A stretch of 64,000 nucleotides of DNA from Octopus bimaculoides (Eukaryota). The notes beneath the pieces are model-generated. The model was given only the letters and a program-made list of their open reading frames with translations. It was not told the origin of the DNA and did not search any database. A program made the position numbers and the translations under genes. Below are positions 24,449-37,738 of this stretch, one piece after another (the first letter of the stretch is position 1; every line of letters begins with the position of its first letter). Location of the stretch: positions 21,597,043-21,661,042 of the forward strand of contig NC_068993.1 of the NCBI RefSeq assembly GCF_001194135.2, in the 5' to 3' direction.

Positions 24449-25039
24449 NNNNNNNNNNNNNNNNNNNNNNNNNNNNNNNNNNNNNNNNNNNNNNNNNNNN
24501 NNNNNNNNNNNNNNNNNNNNNNNNNNNNNNNNNNNNNNNNNNNNNNNNNNNNNNNNNNNNNNNNNNNNNNNNNNNNNNNNNNNNNNNNNNNNNNNNNNNN
24601 NNNNNNNNNNNNNNNNNNNNNNNNNNNNNNNNNNNNNNNNNNNNNNNNNNNNNNNNNNNNNNNNNNNNNNNNNNNNNNNNNNNNNNNNNNNNNNNNNNNN
24701 NNNNNNNNNNNNNNNNNNNNNNNNNNNNNNNNNNNNNNNNNNNNNNNNNNNNNNNNNNNNNNNNNNNNNNNNNNNNNNNNNNNNNNNNNNNNNNNNNNNN
24801 NNNNNNNNNNNNNNNNNNNNNNNNNNNNNNNNNNNNNNNNNNNNNNNNNNNNNNNNNNNNNNNNNNNNNNNNNNNNNNNNNNNNNNNNNNNNNNNNNNNN
24901 NNNNNNNNNNNNNNNNNNNNNNNNNNNNNNNNNNNNNNNNNNNNNNNNNNNNNNNNNNNNNNNNNNNNNNNNNNNNNNNNNNNNNNNNNNNNNNNNNNNN
25001 NNNNNNNNNNNNNNNNNNNNNNNNNNNNNNNNNNNGGGG

Positions 25040-25630
25040 AGGGGCGAGGTGTTAAGGCGGTATGCGCAGGCACATTGTCGTAATGATATCACCCTTCTTC
25101 ACTCTGCCACAGGTCGAGGTGTTTTCGTCTAATTGCGTCTCGCAAATGCTTCAAAACTGCCAAGTAAAATGTCTGGTTAACAGTTTCACCAAGAGGAATA
25201 AATTCTATGCGGACAGTTATTTTCGCTTCGGTGAAACAAATCATCATCATCTAGTCACTGGACTTCATTTAACGCGCTTATTTGGGGGTGTGGTGATATC
25301 GAATGCTTCCATTGACTTGATTGTTGCTTCGTTTGTGGGTCTTAGCCGTAGCACCAGCCATCGTCAGCAGTGATGACCTTCGAAAAAAAGGTATGGATCA
25401 ACATCCAACTGTTCTTCCAGTCTACAACACGCGTTCCGTCGTGGCTGTTTTTGATCTTCCTTGAGCAAGCGCAGCACACATTTTGCTGCAACTCTTTTCT
25501 CCTTGCTTCCCCGTTTGTAGACTTTAAAGTCCGGGAAATAAATTTTCTTGTATCTCCTTCCTTATTGGTCTGTTTTCTCCATTGGTCAACCTTCCCCACA
25601 AGATAGCGCAGACATATGGATCACCCTAAT
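25040..25630 (-). mobile_element. mariner (DD34D-type) transposase remnant
   Basis: Minus translation FSKVITADDGWCYG*DPQTKQQSSQWKH...IEFIPLGETVNQTFYLAVLKHLRDAIRRKHLDLW...HYDNVPAHT. Confidence 0.85.
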
Positions 25631-27448
25631 TTACATAGTATTTAATCTTTTGCGTTGCACCACTGTGTATATCCTGTTTTCCCTTTACGCTTGTGTAGAA
25701 ACGACACCTTTGATACAATTTCATGATCATCAACATTCACAAAGAAATTAATTTTGTTATTGTCACCAACAACACAACTGACCTTTGCATTACCACTGCT
25801 AAGCAATATACTGATTAATGAATGCTAAATCTTATAATAATAATTATTATCTTTATCATTGTTATACTTGAGTTTTTCTGTATGTCTATAGTGTTTGGTT
25901 TCTTTTGCTGTTGCCAATATTACAACCTGTTTGTGTATGCAGTGTCATAGTCAGCTTCTTGCAAGTAGAAAGTTTTCTTAAAATTGTGAAAACATTTTTA
26001 CTTCAACGATTTTATGAATATTTTAACGATTATTATGAATCTCTATGGATGATACAGAAAGAGTATTTGTTTCTTTAAATTGTATTCTTGCCAGTGAACT
26101 GTATCGTTTTGACTAAAATGTGAACCTTTCTCGTATACAGATTGTAGTTGTGTCCTCATATAATTACTCTGTGAATCTGAAGTGGTATACTAAATGTTTA
26201 GGTCAGGTCTTCTATGAGCTGATTTTACAACTCTGCAGTTATCAATGCAAAGTACTTGTTTACATAGGTATGATTTCCATAATAGTGCCTGTCTTTTCGA
26301 TGTTAAATTCAATTCTTTTTAGGCTTATTGTTGATGAACATCATATATTTGTATTTATTTTTGTACTAACAGATTTTTCTCTTAATCTCTACATTTTCTT
26401 TCCTATGAGTTTCAGAATTTGCCAGCATTTTACGTTTCTGTTCCAATCAGTTTTAGACTTCACTCTATTGGCCTCATTGAAGATGAGAGTTTTTTATGAA
26501 ATAAAATCGGAATATTCCTAATGCAGCTTCAAACCGAGTTCAAGGCTATTTACGCTCTTGAAATGTTGTTTCAAGGAGAATCGAAATTCTGCTGAAGTTG
26601 AAAATCCAGGTATCACAGCGGTACATTCAATGTCAGCTGTATAGCGAAGAGAAAAATGTATTCCATATATATAAGCAGAGAATGTGTTCCCCTCATCTAG
26701 TGACAGAAATGTAGAAACACTTCAAATTAGTCGTCAGTGCCTTGATAAGTATATAATTTACAAGGGCACAATTTCTACTAACACGGAAACTTTCCATTTT
26801 ACATGGGTAGCAACATCACAGTTTAGACTGTGATACTATAACCACATCGAATGTTTTAAGAGCTTAAATAAACGTAAATCTACATCCATGGATCAGCTAG
26901 TGTGGGATTTGAAACGAGAAAAATACCATATGAAATATGAAATATTCTGGTCTGTTTTGAGATCTACTCTTTTCGTGGTTTCCTACATTAAACAACATTT
27001 GCTAACATTTTTGCATTCTATATTTCGTATGATACTTTCTACATTCTACGAAACAATTAATATTCTACAGAACTGTCAATAACTTCAGTTTAAGTTGAAT
27101 ATTTTGCATATTTCAAAATTGGTGACAAATCCCTCTGCGCCAAAATAGCTTTATTTTTTCCTGTCATTTTATCTTGTTCCGCTTCAAAATATATGAGAAA
27201 GTCTTCATATTTAAAGGTTCATATGTGTGTCGTGTCTATGTTGTATATATATATATATATATATNNNNNNNNNNNNNNNNNNNNNNNNNNNNNNNNNNNN
27301 NNNNNNNNNNNNNNNNNNNNNNNNNNNNNNNNNNNNNNNNNNNNNNNNNNNNNNNNNNNNNNNNNNNNNNNNNNNNNNNNNNNNNNNNNNNNNNNNNNNN
27401 NNNNNNNNNNNNNNNNNNNNNNNNNNNNNNNNNNNNNNNNNNNNNNNN

Positions 27449-27485
<37 letters not shown>

Positions 27486-28004
27486 TTATCTATGTGTGCA
27501 TATGTGTGCATGTCCACACACATGTGTATATATATATGTGTATGCATGTATGTACATTTATGGATATTATTTAAATTTTTTATTTACACTTCATATTTTT
27601 AATTTTATATGTTACATTTATAGACTTGCATCATTAATATTTTAATTTTTAATTTTTAATTTTTAACTTCAGTATTTGTGCATAATTTAACATCAGAGTC
27701 ATAGATCCATGCTACGCCAGTGATAGTTTATCTTATTTTACTTAACTTATTTTAATTTAATTTATTCTGATATATTGTTTTCGCTTTACCACATTTTGGA
27801 ACATTTTAATAGAATTTAACATTTTTATTTCATACATATTTTGAGACACTTGTATTTTCATAAATTTATATTTTTGCCCATTTCTTAAGTCTTTACACAT
27901 CTACAATCCCAAGATGTCGCGTTTTGTCGTAGAAGATACCAACTCTGAGTATTATATTATTGATGGTTGATTCTTAACCTTACTTTGTTTCCATTTCTTC
28001 CAAG

Positions 28005-28072
28005 GCAAACAGTGGATAATTTTTTTCTCAACGCAATATAGCACAGCAAACCACTTCACATCCACCTTGAAA
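28005..28072 (+). CDS. Candidate exon ((G)KQWIIFFSTQYSTANHFTSTLK)
   Basis: Acceptor ctttgtttccatttcttccaag, donor GTAAAC, one open frame. Confidence 0.18.
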
Positions 28073-28184
28073 GTAAACTTTACTTTCTCTCCTTCTATTC
28101 GATGAGGCAACTTTAAATCTCTAGCTTACGTTTAAACATGCTTTCTGTCCACGCTAACATAATACCTTTTTATCATTTTTAATT

Positions 28185-28401
28185 GTTTTAGTTATTTGAC
28201 CAGGACCATGCCGGGGCACCGCCTTTAAACATTTGAGTCGACTGAATCGACCCCAGTATATATTTGATTTTTTAAAGCCTGGTACTTATTCTATCGGCCT
28301 CTTTTGCTGAACCGCTAGGGTATGGGGGCATAAACATACCAACACTCGCTCTCAAGGAGTGGAGTGAGACAAAGACAGGCACAAAGCCATGCACTCACAC
28401 T

Positions 28402-28432
<31 letters not shown>

Positions 28433-28480
28433 GCGCGCGCATAACAGGCTTCATTTCAGTTTCCATCAAACAAATCCATT
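28185..28480 (-). mobile_element. SINE family A, diverged copy
   Basis: ccatgccggggcaccgcc...aatcgacccc...ggtacttattctatcggcctcttttgctgaaccgcta...tcagtttcc. Confidence 0.8.
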
Positions 28481-28539
28481 GTTGTTGCTCTTGAACTGTT
28501 ATTACTGCTATTGATATCGTTACAATTATTATACAAGAA

Positions 28540-28660
28540 GGCTGCGAACTAGCAGAATGGTTAGAATATTGGATGGATTGCTTAAAAGCATTTCGACTAT
28601 TATACGTTCTGAGTTCAAATGGTGCTGAGGTCGATAAGTCTTGTGCATAAAGTAGAAACA
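28540..28660 (+). mobile_element. SINE family B, 5' part
   Basis: gcgaactagcagaatggttag...cgttctgagttcaaat..tgctgaggtcga. Confidence 0.75.
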
Positions 28661-28690
28661 TTATTATTGTTATTGTTATTTTTATTTTTA

Positions 28691-28786
<96 letters not shown>

Positions 28787-28787
28787 C
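28661..28787. repeat. (TTA)n microsatellite
   Basis: Direct reading; abuts the 3' end of the R4/Dong fragment. Confidence 0.95.
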
Positions 28788-28789
28788 TT

Positions 28790-29530
28790 CGTAACACAGT
28801 GTAGATAAAAATGCACCGGAGTCTTTAGTCATCTGTCAAGTCACAGCAAGAACTTCAGACAAATAATACTTTCCTTCAGATGTGCGCTGTGTCCAATAAG
28901 GTTGCTTTTTGCATGACATCAATCTTGCATGGGACTTCCAGTTGCTTTAAGATGTTTTGAAGTTCCAATGGGATTGAGCCCAACGCTCCGATCACCACTG
29001 GTATCAATTTCACATTATCCTCTCGCATTCTATACATCTTGCTATTTCCGTTTTCAATTTACAGTACTTAGTGATTTTTTCAACCTCTTTACTCATAACA
29101 TTCAGAATCATTTGGTATGGCTACATCAATCTGACGGTATTTGTCTCTTATTCAATATGACTTTATCCAGTCGACGTTGTTCGATTACACGGCCTGTCTG
29201 AAAATCATAGTCCCATAGTATTGTTACTTTTCCATTCGCCTGCATAACTTTAATTGGTACACTCTCAAACCAGTTCTCTGTTACTTCATATTGGTATTTA
29301 CGGCACGAGAGCCAATGAAGATACACACACACACACTTTATCGTGGCAGCGCTTGTATTCTTTTTGTGCATGACTCTCACATCCACTTAACAAGTCGATC
29401 ACATTTTAGCAAGAGTCTGGTCTTGTGCAGCAATGATCAGGCATTCGGTGGAACGCTGTATTATCCTTAACGTCTTGTGTGTTTCTTTCAAACTGTCATT
29501 GCATTCTCATTTCATATTAATACGTCCCGG
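28790..29530 (-). mobile_element. R4/Dong-type non-LTR retrotransposon 3' fragment (restriction-like endonuclease region)
   Basis: ECLIIAAQDQTL...LHW..CRKYQ..TENWFE.VP...KVTILWDYDFQTGRVIEQRRLD...EKITKY...LIPVVIGALGSIP...MQKATLLDTAHI*RKVL. Confidence 0.85.
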
Positions 29531-29534
29531 AATA

Positions 29535-30310
29535 CTAACATTTCTGGACGTGTTAATAACACGCACCAAGTATGGATTCAGGACATCCGTATACCGCAAG
29601 CCAACCTTCACTGGACAATACCTTAACTTCAAGTCACACCATCCATACAGTTTAAAGAGAGGGATTGCTCTGTGCCTAAAACATCGAGCAAAGAATATAA
29701 GCAACGATCATGATACCCACCACGAAGAAATGATCAAGCTCAGTAACAAACTATTAAGCAACAACTACCCACAAAACATCATATCTCCTCCAGTTATGAA
29801 TAAAAGAGAGGATGAAACCAATAAACTGTCTACAGTCTAACTACTCTATGTGAAAGGCCTCTCCGAAAAGATACAAAAGATATGTGGCCTATATGACATC
29901 AGGACAGTATTCAAAAGTAATACAGCACTTCGCAAATATCTCCTTCGGGTAAAACCACCAATAGGCGGGAAAATGACCAAAAACTGCGTGTACGCCATCT
30001 CATACCCCATACAGCTGCGGTAGGTTATACAAAGGCGAAACATGTCGTTCGCTCAAAATAAGGGTAGACGAACATCGCAAAGCTGTAATAAGAGGGGATA
30101 TTGATAAATCGGGTATAGCTGATCATATATGGAAAAATGATGACCACCTCCCCTTGTGGGATGAAGTTAAAATAATAGACAGAGAACATCACTGGAAAAA
30201 CGAAAACTAAAAGAAGCAGAACATATGTTATGACACAACAACCTCCTAAGCCGATATGAATAGCATATGGGAACCGGTATTAAGGAAGGATAAGAAAATA
30301 TTAGATTCAT
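29535..30310 (+). mobile_element. Penelope-like element (Poseidon-like): RT C-terminus and GIY-YIG endonuclease, 5'-truncated
   Basis: LTFLDVLITRT...TSVYRKPTFTGQYLNFKSHHPYSLKRGI...NNYP...YVKGLSEKI...NCVYAI...C..LYKGETCRSLKIRVDEHRKAV..GDIDKSGIADHIW...WDEVKIIDREHHWKKRKLKEA. Confidence 0.92.
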
Positions 30311-30343
30311 AAGCCCTAAAGATACACTCCATAATTGCCCAAG

Positions 30344-30415
30344 GGCATGTGGCACAGTGGTTAAGAGCGCGGGCTACTAACCCCAAGATTCAGAGTTCGA
30401 TTCCAGGCAGTGACC
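30344..30415 (+). ncRNA. tRNA-like Pol III head (not a functional tRNA) in the PLE terminal repeat
   Basis: A box TGGCACAGTGG, B box GAGTTCGATTCC, ctactaa loop, poorly paired acceptor and anticodon stems. Confidence 0.7.
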
Positions 30416-30474
30416 TGAATAATAACATCGAAGATTACGTTAGGAATGAGAACCCAGGTTCGAAATTTCCTCAA

Positions 30475-30520
30475 GACACCTGATGAAGGCTGGAAGGTGT
30501 ATTAGCCGAAACGTTGTGTT
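30475..30520 (+). ncRNA. Minimal type I hammerhead ribozyme
   Basis: GACAC-CUGAUGA-A-GGCUG(gaaggugua u)UAGCC-GAAA-CG-UU^GUGUU: stem I 5 bp, stem II 5 bp, palindromic AACGUU stem III as in PLE hammerheads. Confidence 0.75.
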
Positions 30521-30571
30521 AACAACAAACAAGATGAGGGCAAATGTAAATAATTTATTATTATTATTCTT

Positions 30572-30755
30572 AATGCTTAGCAGCAATTCGTTGGTCTTTA
30601 AAATCGGGACTCAAATTCCACCAAGGCTGACGTTCTCATTGTTCGTTCTGGATGTCGATGCAATAAGTACCAATTCCGCACTGGGGTCGGTGTAATCGAT
30701 TAATCACTCCCACAAATTTCAGGTCTCCTACCTATAAAAGAAAGTAATATTATTA
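30572..30755 (+). mobile_element. SINE family B copy
   Basis: aatgcttagcagc...ctcaaattccaccaagg...aataagtacc...gcactggggtcg. Confidence 0.75.
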
Positions 30756-30930
30756 CTGTATTTCTATTAGGAATACTATTACCCTATCAGTCCCTCATTC
30801 ACGTTTCCGAAATCTGCTTTTCTTTATTGACATTTTCACATGTTTTACACTAATTCTATATCTAATTATTGTTGCCAGTGATGTAGTAGTTTTGCCAGTG
30901 ATGTAGTAGTGATGTAGTAGGTTACCAGTA

Positions 30931-31117
30931 GCCGGTAAGCTGGCAGAATCTTTAGCACGCCAAGAAAAATGCTTCGTGGCATCCCGACCGTCATCATGTT
31001 CTGAGTTCAAATTCCACCAAGGCCGATAAAAGGTGTACCAGTTGAAGACTGGTGACCATGGAATCAAGTTAGCCCCTCCCTAGAACTTGCTGGGCCAGTG
31101 CTAAAATATGAAATCAT
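30931..31117 (+). mobile_element. SINE family B copy
   Basis: gctggcagaatctttagcacgcc..aaaaatgctt...gttctgagttcaaattccaccaagg. Confidence 0.8.
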
Positions 31118-31222
31118 TACTAACCAGCGACATCCATTATAACTTCTTCCAATTTTATTGTTCCGCAATTTAACCATTCTCAGTTGTATTTAATGCCTAT
31201 TATTTTCTTCCCGTATAAACAG

Positions 31223-31375
31223 CATAGAACATGTGTTTGACAGTCACACAGTTTCAAGCGTACCTTTAAAGGAACGTGATGAAGTATCACTCCAATGTAT
31301 AAAACCCCAAATATTAAGTAGCTTTTCACATGGCTCTTTTCAATGGCATCAAATACAGAATGTTACCGAAAAATT
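31223..31375 (+). CDS. Candidate exon encoding the first half of an Ig-like domain
   Basis: Acceptor ttattttcttcccgtataaacag; 153 nt, phase 2-2; IEHVFDSHTVSSVPLKERDEVSLQCIKPQILSSFSHGSFQWHQIQNVTEK has an Ig-like VxLxC...FxW pattern; donor GTAATA is weak. Confidence 0.35.
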
Positions 31376-32529
31376 GTAATAACTGGTAACTGCTCATTAA
31401 TAAAATGGTAAACCCTGCCATTGCCTTAATATACGGATTACCCACACGCGAGCGCGCACATATACATATATACAGAGAAAGAAAGAGAGAGAAAAATAGA
31501 GACAGACAGACAGAGACAGAGAGAGGGAGAGAAATACACACACATATAAACATACATACATGCACAAACACACACGTATGATATATTAAATATATTTATG
31601 TATACTTGTAAATATACATACATACATATAAATATATGTATATATACAGATAGAGAGAGACTGATACATACATATATAAATACCTGTATAAATATGTATA
31701 GATGAGTAAAGAAATGTGAATTTGCACATGCAAGTATATATACATAAATAAATACATATATACACACACACACACATAGAGACTAACGAACACGAACACA
31801 CGTGCACATAAGACACATTGATGTATAATGAAAGTGTATGAAAGCAATAAAGATCGATGGGAAAATAATAAACAGCGGGGGAAAATCGGTGGGGGGAAAC
31901 AAAGAGAACGAAAGAAGCGCACACAGTGAGATGGACGTATTGCCAGTGAGATAGATATCTGTATGTTAGTCACTGCTTGTGAATGACTGTTGAATTTTTT
32001 TAAGACGATCTAGAGCGTGATCATCTGTAACTATTTAAGTAGATACTCCGCTGCTTCGTCCTGTCATTCTATGTAATTCAAATATGTTATTGCATTCCGT
32101 CAAATGGGAAGTACTTCATAGCTACGTCCTCTAACTTTCTAGTCGTGACAATTAAGTGAAAATTCAGCATTTATCAATTACGAAAGTGTACTTCAGGACA
32201 GTAGCTGTCCGAGAATATAGAGACTCCTGTATACACGCAGTCACGCATATATATATTGCATACATATACATTCTGAAATCTTCACAAACGTTGACATGTA
32301 AGAACAAATACACATTAAAAACACATTCAAATTCGCGTGCACACATTCACACACACACAAAGATTTAAGCTGAAAAATGCCAGGTCAAACAGTCATTGAA
32401 ATACCAATTGAGTGACATTATCTTATCCAAACTCAATCATATATTTAATGGCATGTATGCATATTCTAAGAGAAAGAAAGACATTCATTTCTACACGTGT
32501 GCAACTCTATCTGTCTCTCTGTCTGTTAA

Positions 32530-32810
<281 letters not shown>

Positions 32811-33016
32811 ATGTATGTGTGTATGTATGTATATGTATACGTATTTGTATTTAAGTACTGTCATATTCATGACATATCAATAATCATTTATTTCAACAGT
32901 AATCTACCACATTTCATGCTTCTTTCTGACTTTGCCTATTCCCATGCACACTTCATATACTCGTTTAAACATCCCACAACCACACCCCATATATATATAT
33001 GTATATATATCTGTAT

Positions 33017-33069
<53 letters not shown>

Positions 33070-33326
33070 CAGACAGATAGAAAGCTTAACAGATGGAGCC
33101 AAACTTAATCTAAACGAATACTAAATTACTAAAGAGCTGTAAATCTTATATCAAATACAGAAATAACGTGTACGTGATATCATATCATATCGCTTGATGA
33201 TACATTAATCTTTTAATCGTTCCGTTTACACACGGCATATTTCTCTACTTCAGAGATAAGAAGAAATTCATTACGGTTTTTTTACTGCATGATTCTGTTA
33301 CACATGAGTGCGCAGGCGCGTGCACA

Positions 33327-33373
<47 letters not shown>

Positions 33374-34170
33374 TCATACACACTCTCACTCTCACACACG
33401 CATATTTCGTTCATACAGAGAGAGAGATGTAATGCAAAGGGTGAGTGAGAGTATTCTGGCAAAACTGGCACCCCAACAAATCCTGTTTGGGAACGAGGTT
33501 CATTCTGATTGAAATATTCTTGTCAAAGGATGGGGTGGGGGTGAACGAAGCGTTGGAGTGGTCATTGGTATAGCTACATGCATAGTTCTCATCCAACTCA
33601 CTAAAAGCCGTTAGTTCATTTATTATATAATGTGTAATACATGGCTTCTTAATCTCTTGTTCCCTGCATTGTTGCGTCCCATAGTGACGAACCGCATCAC
33701 TGAAGTTATTGTCACCATGTACGAACAAGCTAACTTTAGGCATATACTTTTGTTTACTTTATATTTAGCTTTCGTCTTAATTCATTTACTTTTATTACAG
33801 ATCTTACGTAATCTTTAAATTTGGTTGATGACTTATGAATTAACACTGTGAACCGAATACTTGGTTTTTAGGTCAATTCGATTAGTATTATACGTGAAAT
33901 TTTCTGATCTTGAGTCAATTTTGTACATTTCTAATACTTAGAGAATAAAAATATATACGTATATATTCAGCTTCATTCCTCCTGTTTCTTCCACCGACCT
34001 TATACATATTCACACTAATCACGCACGTACACGCACGCATACAAACACACACACACACACACACACATACACACGCCAGTCGCACACACATGTCAGAATG
34101 TAAATGTATGTATGAATATACGTGTAGATATTTAGAGTGTATATGTGAGAGAGGGAGATCTGTCTGTATG

Positions 34171-34232
<62 letters not shown>

Positions 34233-34238
34233 AATATA

Positions 34239-34326
<88 letters not shown>

Positions 34327-35394
34327 CCTTCTTCTAGTGTTTTATAAGTTAGCGTTTGACATCCCTCTCTTTTCTTCGTATAAAAAATTTGAAGAGTTAA
34401 CAAGATTTTAAAAGACTTCAATAAGTAAACTACGACTATATTTTCTGATAATATATGGATTTTTATTTTCTTTAATCTTTATCAGTTCAAGAAATTAGAT
34501 ACGTCAACCGTCAAAATAGATTAATTCGTTATTTACTGACAATATAGTCAATAATATATGCTTATGTGTTGAGACGCGTCTCAATGTGTGGTTTTCATTT
34601 CGTTTCAATATCGAAGCCTGTACTCATGTGCATAATCTGAAGTAAATGTGGAAACACTTAAAAATTATTGGCTCTGAAGAAAAATGAAATATAAAATATA
34701 AAACGTAGTGCCACATCGTCAGCCATGAAACATACATAAATTAGGAAATCTATACCGGATCACAGATATCTCGAGACGAAAAGAAATAAAGGAATAAAAT
34801 AAAACAGTGCAATGTAAGCTGTGGCACAAGTACGAATATTTTGTTTGTAACTATATAAAATCATTTCTAAAGCAGTGAACGTATCTTCGGTGAACCTGCG
34901 CTATAGATGTCGATTAGCTTATAAGTTTACTAGGAATCACACATCATACCTTATACTCTGGTTGTAAAATTCCCAAACCATTCGGCTGCTATCAAACGAA
35001 TTTATATATGAATTTGTACTTTGTAATACAATTAATAAGACTGCTAATGTTTGCATAGTAAGATATTATTATTATGACGTGTTTCAAGTACAAAGGCAAC
35101 TATGCGTTTTAGTTAATGTTTTCTTGTTTTTTAGTTAATGTGAAGAAAATGAAGAGCTGTTTCCACAAAGACTGAGACTTATCTTGGGTAAAGAGATACC
35201 TCATCAGATTGCATGTATAAGCTAAAACTTTCAGTAGTTAGTCACTCTGCACAAAAATCTATCATTGAAAAAACAGTCCCTTTGCTTTAGCATAAGTTTG
35301 AGTTCTTNNNNNNNNNNTCTTCTTCTTCTTCTTCTTCTTCTTCTTCTTCTTCTTCCCTCGTCTTCCTCCTCCTCATCATCAACACTGTTATTAT

Positions 35395-36030
35395 TATGCT
35401 AGTGCAGTTTAATTTAGTCAGCAGCTATTTTATCTTGAGGTTTGGTAACAACAAATCTCCTCAAATCTTAAGAATCTTCATGAAGAATATAGGATGATTT
35501 CAGTTTCAATCTCTTTCCAATCTCTTTCAGTCTTCTACATAGTATTTTGGGTGCTGTGTCAAGTGCAGCAATTACTAAGGCATAAATGTTATCTTGGTCT
35601 CCCACAGTTTCCACATATCACTGACTAGATCCTGATATTTCTCAATTTTTTCAACTTTTTCGGTGTCCACTTTACCATCAGAGGGAATTACAGAATCTAT
35701 GCTCTTACACTGTTTATTTCGTCACCTATTATTATATCTAGTTTTCTTGCATCATTTACAAAGTCAGTCTTTATGAAGAAGTCCCACATGATCATGTAAT
35801 TCTTATTTTGTATCACAGCCTCTGTATGCATACCATTTTGCTGTTGTTTTCAGGCCACACACTCGGCTAACATCCCGATTCACTCTTTTGCCTACACAGT
35901 CATGTCTGCGTTTGTACTCTTTCAAAAGGTGTTTTATGTTTTCGGCTTTTAGTTCGCGGTACTCCTTTAAAAAGTGGTTGATGCTTTCTTCTCCTTTACT
36001 GGGTTTCTCGAACTCTGCCTTTCTCATGTT
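35395..36030 (-). mobile_element. R4/Dong-type LINE 3' fragment
   Basis: EESINH...KEYKRRHDCVG...AKWY...IDSVIPSDGKVDTEKVEKIEKYQDL...KLWETK. Confidence 0.8.
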
Positions 36031-37199
36031 TGTTCTAAACGCTTCTTCTCCAGGGTTGTTCTAAAGGTTTCTTCTCCAAATTGGGTGTTTCTTTGGAAAT
36101 GCCCTACTTTTATACCCTAATAGGGCCTCAGATCATATGTGTGTGTGTGTATTTGTGTGACAATATTCATGCGTGTGTGTGTGTGCGTGAGAACGTGAAT
36201 TTTTGACTGGCGCTGTCGACTGCGTTGTTACTGCACCTTCAGTTTTATCATCACCAGTAGCACAATACTATAGCTTCATTTTTGGTTTATAATTTCACTA
36301 ACAACACACAACCCCTACACCACTGCATTGCATTGTAAGTATTACCCTAATAATGACAACATAACAATAGCTACAAACGTGCGTGGGAGTTAAAATGCAA
36401 TATGAAAAATAATTTGCATAGCGTGATCAACCTTTGCTTCTAACATCTCTGAAGAATTTTTGGAAATTAGCTTCGTTCGGAAAATTCACCTAGTCGGAAG
36501 CTGTTGTCTCTCTTCAATTATCAATGACTTCCCTTCTGTACTGAAGAATTAATTATATTTCCTCCAGCATTTATTCTATAACCACATATCAGTTCATGCA
36601 CTACTTCATAACTTAGTTTTTATATTAGAATTTCACGCAGGTTATTTTAATACTGGTAATAATATACGTGGTTTACTGCAGCAAAACAAAAAATGTGTGA
36701 TGTATTTTAAAAGGGTTTGATTCTATAGTTTCTTTATAAGTGTTTCTGTGCTTAAAATTGTACTATTCCTTACGAGGGTCTTCATTGAAAGATTGTATGC
36801 AACTGGGAAATAAAAGCCAGAGGCCTTTATATAAGATAAAACACGGCAAGATATTATTATCAAATTTATGTATCAGCTCGAATTTTGATAAGCACAGAAT
36901 GCCAATTTGAACAAATGTCTTTTCCTATTGCCGATGGATGTCAAGATCTCGTAACTGGAATTTAGGAGAACCTCATAGAATGTATTTATTCCTATATGTG
37001 GGTGTATGTGTCACTTTGTGTACGTTACTGTATTAGCCTCATATCTACGATATAAAAACAGGTGTCTATATTTTTATTGTGATACTTTATATTTCATAAT
37101 TAGCAATTCATAAAAACAGATCGTTCATAACATTTTCATGAACTAATAAAAGTTAGTGAGTGGGTAGCCCATCATGTAGCTGCTACTCATTTTAATCAG

Positions 37200-37650
37200 T
37201 TTTACCATCTGCTGATCATTCGAGAAAAGACTTGGTGCCAAATTTTCCTTAAAGATGATTAATCACAAGAGATAAAAAATAAAGGGTTCTTCATTAAGAT
37301 ATCCAATTGAAACAGCAATAGTTCGCTCACAATGAAAAAAAGAAAAGCCATCCTTAAACCAGGACTACATACTGAAAATGTTATGCTCTGTGTTTGGTGG
37401 GGTACGAAATGTATTATCTATTATGACACTTTAAAACAAATCAGTTAAAGCGGCATTTTGTCATGAATTGGAAACATTGCAAAAGCCAAAAGTAAGAAAA
37501 CGCAAAATTAGACACAATTTGGAGAAGTTCAATAGTATTGAAATATTACACCGAATTTCCCAGCAACGTCATCGGGTAACCTGGAATTTCAAGTCATGTA
37601 TTCTGACTGCCTTGTCAGTTTAATCATTCTTAACAAGGATTTATTTATAA
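37200..37650 (+). mobile_element. Old mariner transposase remnant
   Basis: KPGLHTENVMLCVWWGTKCIIYYDTL resembles mariner KPGLHPKKVMLCVWWD..GIIYYELL. Confidence 0.6.
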
Positions 37651-37700
37651 ATATTATACACATATAATTCATTTGCTGTCAAGAAAGTCTTCTTTCACAG

Positions 37701-37738
37701 GTTAGACATATTCGATCAAACTAGAATATTCATTCATG
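37701..37738 (+). CDS. Candidate 38-nt exon (LDIFDQTRIFIH)
   Basis: Acceptor gtcttctttcacag, perfect donor G|GTAAGT, only the phase 2 frame is open, compatible with 31223-31375. Confidence 0.3.

Noticed and set aside
26120-26610. 133-aa ORF and several possible splice sites
   Set aside because: AT-rich hydrophobic translation without recognisable motifs; several mutually incompatible exon parses.
30344-30415. Possible tRNA-Ser gene
   Set aside because: Acceptor and anticodon stems do not pair and it is embedded in a mobile-element terminus; treated as a tRNA-derived head.
33411-33743. 110-aa minus ORF with ...ELDENYACSYTN, and + strand VTMYEQANFR resembling a beta/gamma-crystallin motif
   Set aside because: No convincing donor sites, conflicting strands, and matches too short to support a call.
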